64,000 nucleotides of DNA from Octopus vulgaris (Eukaryota). The position numbers and the translations under genes were made by a program. This document shows positions 14,104 through 27,150 of the stretch, in pieces; within the stretch, counting starts at the first letter, position 1; each line of letters begins with the position of its first letter. The stretch lies in the NCBI GenBank assembly GCA_951406725.2, contig OX597822.1, forward strand, positions 88,908,001-88,972,000. Reading direction: 5' to 3'. Below the pieces are notes generated by a model that did not search any database, was not told the origin of the DNA, and saw nothing but the letters and a program-made list of their open reading frames with translations.

Positions 14104-15004
14104 GGTTCAGGAGTGGCTGTGTGGTAAGTAGTTTGCTTACCAACCACATGGATCCAGGTTCAGTCCCACTGTGTGGCACCTTAGACAAATGTCGTCTATA
14201 GCCTTGAGCCGACCAAAACCTTGAGTGGATTTGGTAGACAGAAACTGAAAGAAGCCCATCGTATATATATATATATATATATAAAAAATACAAAATGGGA
14301 CAAGAACGCAAAACATCCGGACAGCTAGGTGATACAAAAAGGGACAACAAAACATCCAGATAGACGATACAAAAAACAAGGGTCATTCGAAGCCCTCTAT
14401 CCTCAATCAAGCACCAGATTATCGTCACAATTTCAGCTGATTACTCTTGAGATTGCTCCAATCTGGCCAGCCCCAAGGAAAAACTAAGCTAAGAGCATTA
14501 GATTCCTTGGAAGAAAGCAGCGAATGTATACAAAAACAAGGACGGAAAAAAAACGGACAAAGTTACACAAATAAATACAATAAAAATAATATCAGGACAT
14601 AACAACAGGTGTCTTTCGACTAAGGACGTATTGAATTAAGCTGGTGCGTGTGGAAATGAAGCCTTGCGGCAGAGATACAAAAATTTCACAAACAGGAAAG
14701 AATATCGATGATGCACAGACGGCGGTCAGACCAAGAAAGAAAGAACAGGCTAGGATGACCAGCAGTCATGTGGGAAGAGAAGAGAGAGAAGTAGAAGCAG
14801 ATATATATATATATGTGTGTGTGTGTCCCTACAACATCGCTTGACAACTGATGCTGGTATTTTTACGTCCCTGTATATTAGCAGTTTGAGACCAATAGAA
14901 TAAGTACTAAGCTTACAAAGAATAAGTCCTGGAGTCAATTTGTTCGACTAAAGGCAGTGTTCCAGCATGGCCACAGTCAAAATGACTGAAACAAGTAAAA
15001 GGGT
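14104..15004 (+). mobile_element. tRNA-derived SINE, split by an insertion at ~14285-14800
   Basis: Head GGAGTGGCTGTGTGGTAAG, B-box GGTTCAGTCCC, 3' part ...CAGCATGGCCACAGTCAAAATGACTGAAACAAGTAAAA; uninterrupted reverse copy at 43594-43985. Confidence 0.85.
14285..14800. mobile_element. Unclassified interspersed repeat inserted in the SINE (TA)n tract
   Basis: Begins AAATACAAAATGGGACAAG; a rearranged copy lies at 47671-47982 and a weakly similar piece at 45730-45830. Confidence 0.65.
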
Positions 15005-15840
15005 AAGAAAAGAATTGAACCTATATCTTGTAATGATCTCTGAACAGCAATGTCTATTTGTTCTGTCATTGTCTTCAGACTGAAAGTACATTCCTGTAGG
15101 GGTATTAAAAATACCTGCCTTAGTTATACAGGTGAAGTTCCTTTGCAGCTTCTTGATATACATTGTATATCCTCAACTACATCATCAAAATTGCAAGCTC
15201 CTTAAACATGCAACAATAACAATCTCAGATTAAATCTTTCTACTTCCTTTTGACTTACAGAATAAAGTCTTAAAATAGTTTTCTTTCTTGCATGATTTCG
15301 AGACTGCCATCTCTTTGTCTAACACATAGTGATAAGAAATAACAGTATATTACAGATGTCTTAATATTGTTGATTAAGGTGAAACCATGCTTTTAGAGTG
15401 TTATGATGGGTAGCTCTCCCCAGTGCTTCTTATTACCTTCTCTGAAAGACAGGTTCTTGCTGTTGCAAATGTACTGGCAGGTGTATGATAACGCGTATGG
15501 TCATGAATTTTATTTTCAAGTAACTACCACATCACTTCAGGTACATTCACATATCTCCTATCAAGATGACATGTTACTTCATGTACAATTTTACCATCCA
15601 TTCATGTCAACTTTAATGGTATTGTAGTGGTTATAAGATTTTAGCAGCAGTATGACATCATAGTCGTGTTGGCTGACTTTTGTTTGTAAATGTCTTATGC
15701 TTTTTTGTTGGTAAATTTTACTGTCCATACATTGATTCTAATCTACATGAAAAGTTTCTTTCCAATGAAGTAAAGTTCATAGAATCAGGCATGATGTCGG
15801 GTTATCAATTATAACTTGCTGTGGATTTGTCATGGTAGTT

Positions 15841-15907
15841 AGCAAATATAACTTTACTGTTGTAAATATAAATGTCACCAATTATAAACCTCAGGTTAGG
15901 TTGTGTT

Positions 15908-15941
<34 letters not shown>

Positions 15942-17282
15942 AGTAAAAGTCACTGTGTCTTAATGATCTAGTTGTGAGAATTTTAGAGGTGTAGACAGAA
16001 TGCTAGATGTAATATACAATTGTAGTGGTGTTCAGCATGTATGTTGAAGATACCAACATTTCACCAGCAGGGTGTAAGACAGTTTAAATAGGATAAGAAA
16101 ATGTGTTTTTGATAGCAAGACATGTCATGCTATACTCAACCTTTTCAGTATAGCTTTGAAGTACTAGATTAGAAACTTTTTCCTGTTGTCATTATTGTGA
16201 CAGATTCCTTTTAAAACATGTTTTTCTTCATTATAATATGTACTGCAGTTTTTTCTATCACTATTATGTCATAATAAATTCATTGTATATATTTTTACTT
16301 TCTGTAAATAAATGATTGGTGTTAAATCCAGTCCTTCTCTTGGTATTATCTGTACAAACTCTTACCATATGATAAGGAAAATGCATTAAAGACATATTTG
16401 CATGCACTTTTATGAAGATATACTCAAGCCTTTGTCAACACGAGAAAATACAGTCAACCCAGTATGAAGAAACGAAATAACACTAAGATAAACATCATCA
16501 TCATTTAACGTCCGCTTTCCATGCTAGCATGGGTTGGACGATTTTGACTGAGGGCTGGCGAACCAGATGGTTGCACCAGGCTCCAATCTTGATTTGGCAG
16601 AGTTTCTACAGCTGGATGCCCTTCCTAACGCCAACCACTTCGAGAGTGTAGTGGGTGCTTTTTACGTGCCACCGGCACGGGGGCCAGTCAGGCAGTACTG
16701 ACAACGACCTCGCTCAAATCCTTTTACACATGCCACCAGCAGAGGTGCCAGTAAGGCAACTTTGGTAACGATCACGCTCGAATGGTGCCCTTTTACGTGC
16801 CACTGGCACGGAAGCCAGTTGGCTACTCTGGCAACGATCACACTCGGATAGTGCTCTTGGCACCCTACTATCATGGGTACAAGTACCAGTAAGGCGATGC
16901 TGGTAACGATCACGCTTGAATGGTGCCCTTTAAGTGCCACTGGCACGGAAGCCGGTTAACCGCTCTGTCAATGATCAGAACATGACTTTTTAAATTCATT
17001 TCCACAGATAGTTTCACCTTGCTATCAAAAATACATTTTCTTATCCTATTTAAACTCTTATAACCTGCTGGTGAAATGTTGGTATCTTCAACATACATGC
17101 TGAATGCTGCTGTGATTGTATATTACATCTAGCGTTCTGTCTACACCTCTAAACTTCTTACAACTAGGTTATTAAGACAGTGACTTTTACTTATATATAT
17201 ATATACACATATAAACACAGCTTAACCTGAGGTTTATAATTGGTGATATTTATATTTACAACAGTAAACAGTTATATTTGCT
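15841..17282. mobile_element. Foldback-like element with ~270-bp terminal inverted repeats
   Basis: 15841-16119 is the reverse complement of 17018-17282 (AGCAAATATAAC...GATAGCAAG / CTTGCTATC...GTTATATTTGCT); no clear TSD. Confidence 0.8.
16493..16977 (-). mobile_element. RTE-tail SINE-like element with internal ~60-70 bp tandem units
   Basis: (CAT)n-TTAACGTCCGCTTTCCATGCTAGCATGGGTTGG...GGATGCCCTTCCTAACGCCAACC, then repeated GGTGC..TTTACGTGCCAC units; similar copies at 29073, 44449, 46225, 46718 and 54172. Confidence 0.85.
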
Positions 17283-17909
17283 GCACTCTTTACATATCTG
17301 TTATCAGCAGCACAATTACCAACTTGTACTTTGGCATCACTTGTAACATGGATAACCATTGCTATGTTTTTTTTGTTTCTCAAAGAACTACTTTAGGGAA
17401 CTTCTTTGACAGTGTCTGTTCTCTATGAAAATTCTCAGGTTTTCTTCACCACAAGCTTTATGTATCGTGTGTTGTTTTTATATCATGAAGCAAAAGCTTA
17501 AGTTTCAGCAATCTATTTGCAACAGGTCTTTAAACCTGTTATCTGGATACCATATTCTTAAGAGAAGGATATGCGGCAAACCTCTTTTCTGAAACTCAGT
17601 AGTGTATAAATAAGCTACAACTCTACCGAAAATATACCTTTTTGTATTAACATCCAGAAGTTGTTTTAGTTTCAATTTGTAACAACTTACTAGCAGATCT
17701 GGTCTGATAGGTTTGGCCATGAAATAAGTTATTCTTAGTTTCTTGCTAGTTTTGATTACATGTTATTGTAACGAAAATATCAGGTGTGTGTCATGTTGAT
17801 ATACTATAGCCAATGTAGCATGATAGCATTCTTGTGTTGTGAGGGGATCCTTGGAATGAAGATGGGAGAACAAGTGTGCACCCAGCCTGAACTCCAGTAT
17901 CTTCTGCAA

Positions 17910-18480
17910 CATCATCATCATTTAACATCCATTTTCCGTGCTGGAATGGGTTGGATGGTTTAACCAGAGCTGTTAAGGCCAAGGGCTGCACCAGGCTCCG
18001 TTGGTTGTTCTGGCATGGTTTCTACAGCTGGATGCTCCTCCTAATGCTAACCACTCCATAGAGTGTACTGGGTGTTTTAACGTGCCACTAGCACCAGTAT
18101 CAATTCTGCTATGGCAGACGGGTCTTCTTGAGTACAGCGATGTACCAGATATTTTGGTCCCTAGTCATCTTCATAAGGCTCAATGTTTTGAGATCAACCT
18201 CCAGTATTTTGTCCTATGACTTCCACAAGTTCCATCTACTCAGAAGTTCTGTATGCAACTGTCTACACCCATATACAACATCAGTTAAGTTCCACTCTTA
18301 ATCTTTGTTGTTGGTTTCTGATAAAATTCAAGTTGTTTGCTTTCATCTGTAAATAGGAGTCTAATGCCCATTGCTGGAATTCTCACCACCCCCATGAAGA
18401 AATGGATTGAACTCATCTCTGAATGCCATGAGTGAAGACAAGTATGTGGCCTATTGTGAGCATATCCTGCCATCCTAGTT
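17910..18480 (-). mobile_element. 3' fragment of an RTE LINE / RTE-tail element inserted in the Helitron Rep region
   Basis: Same (CAT)n tail family followed by RTE 3'-end-like sequence; interrupts the Helitron just upstream of LPSSFQGSP. Confidence 0.65.
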
Positions 18481-19211
18481 CACTGAAAAGAAATAATTAA
18501 GTATATAATTGGGTCTAAATTCAGACCCAAAATGTTTAGATTAATCAGTGACATATCATCCTTTGGATAAACCCCAAAATCCCAATTAAATGGAGGCCTT
18601 TCATTTGAATTTCTAAAAACCATAAATTTCATTCACTGTTGGTAAACTATATCTCCTGTCTCCACAGCAGTTTCTGTTAAAGGCAATATTTATTATAGGC
18701 ACAAGTCTTCCTTTTTTGCACTTATGTTCATTAGTTTCAATGGCTGCTGCATAAATGTTGATTTTTGTGTATAATTGTGTCTAATGTTGCCATTATTTCA
18801 TGAATAAATCATTTATCTGAATTATTCACTGTTCCTGTATCATGAGTTCCAGCAGAATCAGTAACATATAGTTGAGTCAACATTGTTGACCAGCAGCTGG
18901 ATATATAAGAAATGTTCTGTGGTACACTTGCCCATGAACTCGGATACAAGATGTGTCTCTTCCAGGTTCTGCCAAGTGTGCACCCATTGATGAAAGAACA
19001 ATGCTGAGCTATATGATTTATTTTCTTTGAAATTACCATAATAAGGATTGTTAGGATCTAACATGAGGGATTTCAAATACTCTGGAAATTTTCTTTGAGT
19101 GAGAGGAAGTAATTTTCTTCAACAGCAGCTGTTATTGCAGTAGCTGTCAGGTTCTTCAGACACAATATCTGGCCATGCAAAATTGACACAGGATATATTT
19201 TCACAATGATA

Positions 19212-20498
19212 CGAGGGGCGTTCAATAAGTAATGCCCCTGACCCACTTCCCATAGCAGTAGAGCAACGAAACTTGGTACAGTTATTAGTCTTTTTCTACA
19301 TAGGAACTACCCAGAGTTACGCATTTCTCCCATCGTTTGATGCAGCTCTGGAGACCGTTTTTGTAGAAGACCCCAGCTTGGTCCTCCAACCACGATGTGA
19401 CTTCAGAAATCAAGGCTGCATCATCTGGGAAACGCTTTCCTTTAAAAAACAACTTCATCGTTGGGAAGAGGTGAAAATCAGAGGGTGCAAGGTCAGGAGA
19501 GTAGGGGGGATGGGGGAGGAGTTCATAGCCGCACGCCTGTGTTTCTGATCTGGTGACATGCGAGTTGTGGACCGGAGCGTTGTCCTGCAGGAGGAGGATG
19601 CCTTTGCTGATCTTGCCCCGCCTCTTGATTTTGATAGCTTCTCTTAATTTCCTCAAAAGTGAAGCATAATAGGCTCCTGTAATTGTGGTACCTTTTACCA
19701 GGAAATCTGTCATCACTACTCCGTCCTGGTCCCAGAAGACTGTGAGCATGACCTTGCTAGCGGAGGGCTGCACCCTTGCCTTCTTTGGAGGAGATGAGTC
19801 ATGGTGCTTCCACTGCATTGACTGGGTTTTGGTCTCTGGATCATAGTGATGATCCATCCTGTGTAATCAGTCTTTTGAAAAATGTTGACTCATCTTCTTG
19901 GCACCTCTCCAAATTCATCCTCGAGCACTCGACGCGTTCTTGCTTCTGGAAAGGTGTGAGCAACCTGGGAATCCATCTGGCAGACACCTTTTGCATATGC
20001 AAATGGTCATGAATAATAGTTTCCACAGACCCGGTACTAATCTTGACCTCATGGGCTATTTGGCGAATAGTTATGCGTCGATCTTCCAAAATGGCAGCCT
20101 CAACTTGACGGACAGATGCCTCATCAATGGCAGAAGGTGGGGGGCGACCAGATTTGGGAGCTGTTTCCACAGAGTTCCGACCATGTTTGAATTTACGATG
20201 CCAGCGTTTTACAAGGTCATATGATGGGGCATCATCACCATAAGTTACTTTCATTTCATCAAAAGTCTCCGTGGCGTGTGTCCTTTCAAATACAAAGACC
20301 GGATCACTGCTCGACACTCAACAGGCTCCATTTCACACTTGACTCAGTTCAAACACCTGTAAATCAGAAACCCCAATTAGTTCAGAGTTGTAATTTGTCA
20401 CTTAATTTATAGAGATAAAAATAATTGCTCATGCAAAATTTCAGCTGGATCAAACAACTGCAAGTGGGTCAGAGGTATTACTTATTGAACGCCCCTCG
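19212..20498 (-). mobile_element. Full-length mariner transposon (1287 bp), DD34D
   Basis: 37-bp TIRs CGAGGGGCGTTCAATAAGTAATGCCCCTGACCCACTT (2 mismatches); TA flanks at 19210-19211 and 20499-20500. Confidence 0.95.
19285..20331 (-). pseudogene. Mariner transposase, frameshifted near 20270 and 19857
   Basis: MEPVECRAVIR.../ETFDEMK...WIPRLL...ITQD/HHYDPETK...LLQDNAPVH...YSPDLAPSD; 34 residues between the second and third catalytic D. Confidence 0.92.
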
Positions 20499-21149
20499 TA
20501 TTTTTCAATGATTCCTTCATTATATGTTGAATTATAAACTTTCTGTAACATGTTCTCTATTTTGATTGGCTCTCATTCGTTGAGCAGTATGTTGTTGCAC
20601 TGATTTTCATTTTGATCTAGTTGTTCATGTCCTCTGCCTCACAGCATACCTTCTAGCATTTGCTGGCTCTTCATTTTCATTTTGGCATCTGTGAGCTACT
20701 GTTGCTGGCTCCAATTCATTTAACCACCCCTTCTGATCTGCAATTTATCCTAAAACAGGGCAAGTTACTTCTCCCATAAACATAACGGACATCTGATGTC
20801 TTGTGCTTGCTACAACTGACCAATAGATTTTGAAAGGAACTGACTCATTAAGGACCTGCTTTCTGAATATTTAAATGAATTCTGCTGCTAAAATCCTATC
20901 TTGAGTTGTTTTCAGTTGCTCTGATATAAGTTTTTAAAATAGGGCTGCTGGCAATCTGGACATTAATTCTATGCATTACTCCTTTAGCCAACTAATTACC
21001 TACCATTAAACAGTTGTATATAGGATCTTATCTATTTTCATTAGCTTCAGAGTTTTGTCCCATACATTGCTTTACTAGCAAGACAAAGTTCTTGCAACAA
21101 ATATCGCTCACCTTCAAGTTACTCTTACTAAATAATGTATAATAACTGT

Positions 21150-21900
21150 ACACTCTCGGAAAATGCTTAGATTCTAAGTTCTCTAGCTAGAGTTGGTGCA
21201 AGGTCTGGTGAATATGGTGGATGACAGAGTATTTCCTAGTTCAGTTCCTATAACTTGAGTAGCGGTCTTTGTGCAACATGTGGTTGACCATTGTCTTGCA
21301 AGAGAATTGGTCTGCCTCTGTTGACCAAGCTCAGTTGTTTAATTACAAGTTCACTTACCATTTCATCCAATTGATTGATGTAGACATCCACTGTAATTGA
21401 CTTACCAGGTCTCACGAAGCTGTAGTGGATGACACCAGCACTGGACCACCAAACACCATTAGCTTTTTTTTGGTGAATATTCTTTTTGGGATTGTGTTTA
21501 GCACTTCATCTCTATCGAACCACCATGCAGAATGCTTACTGTTGTTGAAAAGAATCCATTTTTCATCACATAACAATAGTTTGCTTTTATGCCATGACAG
21601 CAAGCTTCAAGACAATGTGTCATTTGATTCTAGCTCAGTTGGTGTGGTACCCACTTGTCCAGCTTCTTTACTTTGCCAATCTGTTTCAGATGGTCCAATA
21701 CAGTTGGAATCAAAACATCAAACCCTGTTGCTAACTCATGTGTAGTTTGAGATGTATCCACTCCCAACTTATCATTATCCACCTTGGTCTTAGGTCTACA
21801 ACAAGGCTGGTTTTCAAGACCGAAACTTCTCAAACCATCGGCGTACAGTGTGCTCATTGGCCACATCTTCACCAAACACCTCATTGATGTTTCGAGCGGT
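21150..21900 (-). mobile_element. Degenerate mariner transposase (family of 2148-2690)
   Basis: KQIGKVKKLDKWVPHQL and CDEKWILFNN...KKKLMV motifs in ORFs 21630-21908 and 21412-21603. Confidence 0.85.
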
Positions 21901-21949
21901 ATTAGCATGGGTGCTTTTTATGTAGCACCCACGAGCCTGCAAGATTAGG

Positions 21950-24900
21950 ACTGCTCAACTGAAAAGGGATGCTGGGGCCATGCCCGTATGCAAAAGACAA
22001 CCATGATTTTACTTGGCTTGACATGTCTTCTCAAGCACAGCAAACTCTGTGAGGCCTAACATCTGACATCTGAAGATACTTTCTCATGTTTTCCCGGGCC
22101 TATGATTTCCACGCATTCCCTCCATAATTAAAGATCAGGACTTCTTGATGCAGCTGCTGTCCTCATCCATACACATTGCATGACCATACTAGCACAGTCT
22201 TCCCTTTTGGACACTACTTCTGATGTCTCATGTACCCAGTTTTTCTCTTAAATCTATTATACTCTGTCGTATATGCATACTGACACTACCCATCCAGCAG
22301 AGCGTACCGACTTCATTTCTTTTAATCATTCACATGTCCTCAATAGTCACAGCCTATATCTCACTGCCAGGTAGCATAACTGTTCGTATACAGGCATCAT
22401 ACAATCTGGAGGTGAGGTGCTTCGTTACTAAGAGAGGTAGTAGCTCTCTGAACTTTGCCCAGCCTGTTCTTATTCTAGCAGCTATGCTTTCAGAACAACC
22501 TCCACCACTTAGACTTTTTTTTTCTTGTACATTCCTGGTATTTAATGTACCTGCATATCTGCCACATGTAGAGAGGTCATTCTCTGTTGATCTTCCAGTG
22601 ATACCACTGCACCTCTTATGTGTTCAATCCTTGTACTTACTAAACTGTATGGAGTTTCTACCAACACCTTTTCTACACACTGAGCAGGGCCATTTCCCTG
22701 AAGGGACTTGTGATTTGTTTGTTTTTCTACTTACTAGGACTTTGGTCTTTGCTAAATTAATTCTAAGACCCTTTGATTCCAGTCTGTGCTTCCATAGCTG
22801 AAATTTCTTCTCTAATTCTGATAGTGATTCAGCAATAAGAACAAGGTCATCAGCACAGAGGAGCTCTCAAGGGCAGTCAGCCTTAAATTTCTGTTATAGA
22901 CTGATAAACAAGAGGGGACTGAGAACTGAATCCTTGGTGAACTCTCACTAAATTCCTTACTATACTCATTGGTGACATTGACCTTACTGACAGCATCCCT
23001 GTACATGGCTAGCTCTCAACTTTCCCTATCTTCTGCATTACCCACCAGAGCAGGGGATCCAGTCAAAGGCTTTCTCCATGTCAACAAAAACTGAGTACAG
23101 AGGTTTATTTTTGGCCAATTGCTTCCCCTACAGTTGCCTCACCGGGAAGTTAGCATCGGTGGTGCATCTCCCTGGCACAAATCCAAACTGCATCTCATCT
23201 AGGCTAACTCTCTACCTAATCAACTGAACTATGACCCTTTCTGTAACTTTCAGTACTTGGTCCAGCAATTTAGTTAGTTAATTTGGCTCAAAAGCAAATA
23301 GCAAGGCCATGTAGGGGGACATGGAGTTAAGTACAGAGTGGTGTTCATGTAAAGAGTTCAGGCCACTTGAGGTCAAGGGAGGCTTTGAACAAAGCGGTCG
23401 TCGGCATCTTCACCATCTCGTCTGGCTTCTGTATTTCTGCTTTACCTTTGTAGCAGTTGACTATAATGCTGCTACACCAGTTGTTGGGTATGACTCCCTC
23501 GTGAACAACCTGATTAACTATACTGATGACTAGATCATAACCTACACTGCCATATATTTTAAGCATCTCAGTGGTAATTCCTGAAGGGCCAAAGATTTTC
23601 CATTTTCATATCCTTAATTAAATTTATCCATTAAGCTAATGTTGATTTGGAAAGCCAGTCCCTCTGTTTGGTCCAGGTCAGGCAGGCTCTCCATCCATGA
23701 ATTCTCTATATTCAGCAACCTTTCATAGTGGCACACTTCCAAGCTTCCTTCTTTGCAAAATCACTAACTGCAAGTGAGCCATCCATATGAACACACACCT
23801 TTTTCCTACATCACAATTTTCTCTGACACACTGTCCTGCAATCCAAAACACCTCAATCCACAGAACATTGATAAACTTCTACCCTGGCTAAGTATGCCTA
23901 GCTTCTAGCTACCTGATGTAGTTCACTGATGGCCTTGTCAACAACACTGTTCCACCATCACATCACCCTAGGTTTGGTTGAGACTTTGCACTAGCCACAG
24001 ATTCCATCTGTGACACTCAGCATGCTGTTCCATAGGGACACCCAGTTGCCCTCTGTGTTACATGTCTGTAGTTCCTCCTCCTTGTTAAATTTCTCAATTA
24101 AATGCCCCAAAATCTCTGATCATTTAAAAGAGCCTTAAGCTTCTAAACCCTTCATTTCCAGTCTGGTCTGCTTCTTTGAATCCTTCTAGCCTGAAGTCAC
24201 TAGTGATTAATCTATGCTGGAGGATGCACACTTCACCAGAGAAAGTTTTTGCATTTATGAGCAACCATGTGTCTCGCTTTATGGTGAGAATGTAATCAAC
24301 CTGGCTAGCATGGTCACTTGATTGATGCTATCAGGTAACTGGCTGGTTTCCTGAAGTTGATGTTTCAGACCATTAGGTTATTTGCATCACAGAACTCCAG
24401 TAAACTTGTTCCTTCCTCATTTCAAGAACCAATTCCATGACCCCCATGTACACTATAGAAGATACCCATGTTCTGCCCAACACGTTCACTGAAATCACCA
24501 GCCCTGAAGATGAGGTCATTATCATTTGTCTTTGAGGTAGCCTGCAAAAGAATATCATAAGAACGGTCACTATTTTCATTTGGCAGACCCACTTGTGGGG
24601 CATAGGCAGAATTGTTGCTGTACTACTCTTCAAAACTAGTTTAAGCTTAAATACTCTTTCATACATTCTTACTACCTCAATCACCTTATCCACCCACTTT
24701 CTCTGCTAGTAGTATGCCCACACACCTACTCTGTCACTGTTACCTTCCCAGAAGATTTTCATGGAAAACGGACGCTAAACGATGATGATGTTTCTTGCCT
24801 GTGGAGAACCTGGCTGAAGCTCCCCTCCACCTTACTTCTTGAATGCAACAAACACACACACACATCAACATGCCTCCAGTCAAGCATCTGAACAATCTCT

Positions 24901-24990
24901 CCAGACCTACCTTTCAATATGCCTACATTGACCGTAACAACTGAGAATGGAAGGGACATTGGAGGTAATATGGAGAGGGGGGATAGCATT
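21950..24990 (-). mobile_element. Degenerate, near full-length RTE-clade LINE (APE + RT)
   Basis: APE start VVTVNVGILKGRSGEIVQMLDWRHVDVC (24759-24989), then IPNNWCSSIIVNCYKGK, FVDMEKAFD (~23060-23090) and MYRDAVSKVNV; many stops. Confidence 0.85.
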
Positions 24991-25204
24991 CAGTATCTGA
25001 AAAGGGTTTCAATGAGCATTTGCCAACAGACATATTGTATCAGTTCTCCCCGTATTAATCTACCATCATTCATTCATGTTACAATTACTGCATCTATTCG
25101 AAGTGAGTACTATATAAGCATTACTGATATAAACATAAATAGATAGATAAGTAAAAATAGCAAATGGAGATGCAGAAAGGAAGAGGTTTGCTGATGTTCT
25201 ACAG

Positions 25205-25526
25205 CAGGCCTGGCTAACTCAAATTATATTGCGTGCTACTTTAATCACAAAAAGTTTTTTGAGGGCCGCTTGTATACTGACAGAATTGAAAGCATTTTGC
25301 TTTCTCATGCTATTATTACAATAATGAATGAATGAATGATTGTTGATTCAACATGAAATATTATCACTGGAAAAACAGTAGTATCTTTTTTACTTTTTAT
25401 TACAATCTTTAATTTTTGATAAAATTTTAAAAAGGTTTGCTTAAATAAACTCATTTCAAGAAAGTATCAAGTGGGCCGCAAGATAAGTCTGCAGGTCACA
25501 TGCAGCCCTCAGGTTGGCCAGCCCTG
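25205..25526. mobile_element. hAT-type MITE (322 bp) with 8-bp TSD
   Basis: TTCTACAG|CAGGCCTGGCTAAC ... GTTGGCCAGCCCTG|TTCTACAG; 14-bp TIR with 2 mismatches and an exact 8-bp TSD. Confidence 0.88.
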
Positions 25527-25559
25527 TTCTACAGCATGAATACCAGAGGAAAGACACAC

Positions 25560-27150
25560 AAGGTGTATTGCATTGCAAGACAAAGTGTCGAAGAAGATGG
25601 AGAGATTAAGGGAGAAAAATGTGTATGGATTTATCATGGGGTTATAGTATATTGCACTTGATTCTGAAAAGGAAGGGGAAAGCAAATGCTATTATGAAAG
25701 GCTACTAAATGTGGAGAATGCCTGGAAGAAATAGAGCCTTCCAAATGTGAACCCAACACAGAGACCAGCAATTCTAGTTTACAGCAGTTTGATGGATAAA
25801 GCAATTAAAGATATGAAAACAGAGAAAGTCCTAATCCATCAGCAATTATAGCTGAGGAGCTTAAAATATTTGGCAGAGTGGGATATACCCAAGTCACCTT
25901 ATCATCAATCGGGTTGTATAGGAATGTCTTATAGAATATTAGTTAAAGAAGTATCAAATTGCTGGACCATGTCACGAGTGTTACAGAAAGAGGTTCTAAT
26001 TGGAAAGAGAATTAGACTAGATGAAATGCAGTTTGGTTCTGTGCCAGGGAGAATTACTACTGTTGTCTTTGTAGCAAGGCAATTTCAGAAGTATTTACTG
26101 TACTTGGCTTTCACTAACCTGGAGAAAGCCTTTGACAGTCTCTCACGCCTTGATCTGTAGTCATGGCAAAAGCTAGTAGATAAATGAATGGCAAGAGCTG
26201 TCCCAGCAATGTATAGAGATGTAGTCAGTAGGATGAAAGTTAGTAATAAGAGCAGCAAAAAATTTGAAATGCAGGTAAGAGTTCACCAAGGCTTGGCTCT
26301 CAATCCCCTCCCATTTATCAAAGACATCCAGAAATAACTGAGGACCAGTTGTCCATAATCGAGTCTGCAGTAGAATTAGAAAAGAAATTTGAGGTGTGGA
26401 AGCAAAACCTGGAATCAAAAGCCTTTACAGTTAGCTTGACAAAGACCAAAGTCTTACAAAGCAGGAAAACAGCACTGTTCAATATGTAGAAAAGGTGTAA
26501 GTAGAAAAATTCCATACTGTGTACCCAGTACCAAAGTTTAGACACAAGAGGTGCAATAGAATTACAAGATGATTAACACAGAAAGAAGACTCTGTGGCTT
26601 ATGCATAGGAGTAATAAACACCAAGAACTCCCCTGAATGCCCAAGAAGACCCATTGACATAGTAGACAGTTTCTGTTACTTAGATGACTTATAGTTGCTA
26701 GGATATGAATTGGCTGAAGAAAGTTCAGAGTTATAATGTCTGTTAGTAACAAAAGGCCCTACAGAGTGAAAAGCTGATGAGATGCTTGTGTATGAACAAT
26801 GGTACATGGTAGTGAAATGGTAGGCTATGAATGCAGAGGATATGCAAAGACTAGAAAAAAATGAAGCAAGTACACTCTGCTGGATGACCAATGTCAGTGA
26901 GAATGTATGACAAAGTGCAAATGTATTAGTTGTAAGAGAAATTGGGTGTAGTGTGCAAGAGAGAAGATTGTGCTGATATAGCCATTTGATGTATCTGGAA
27001 CTTGTTGAGGTGAAGCTCAAGAAGACAAGAAATGAAATAAAGACCAACCTCAGGTTGTTGAGCCTCATGTAAGAGATGACAAAGGCCAAGTTGATTGACA
27101 ATTCACCATGCTTGAGAAGACACATCAAGCTCAGCAAAAATTAAGATCTA
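25560..27150 (+). mobile_element. Degenerate RTE-clade LINE fragment (RT and C-terminus)
   Basis: LDEMQFGSVPGR...LYLAFTNLEKAFD (25870-26160) and VHQGLALNP-like motif; same family as 21950-24990. Confidence 0.8.

Larger units (their letters stand above)
12230..20900 (-). mobile_element. Decayed autonomous-type Helitron (Rep/PIF1 helicase) with nested insertions
   Basis: Motifs in the correct order on the minus strand: CQFCMARY/NSCC zinc-finger region (~19120-19195), NFKENKSYSSAL (~19000), LPSSFQGSP and PDIFVTITCN (~17760-17870), RPDL...EFQKRGLPHIL Rep motif (17505-17720), TLKAWFHLN (~15380), ATTGITADL...RTIH...LIIDDEALM helicase motifs (13618-13857), RRQFP..AFAMINKS*G (~12365-12415). Many stops and frameshifts; termini not identified. 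Confidence 0.85.

Noticed and set aside
16655-16977. CRISPR-like repeat-spacer appearance (also at 29240 and 36601)
   Set aside because: Animal genome, degenerate repeats, spacers related to each other and no cas genes.
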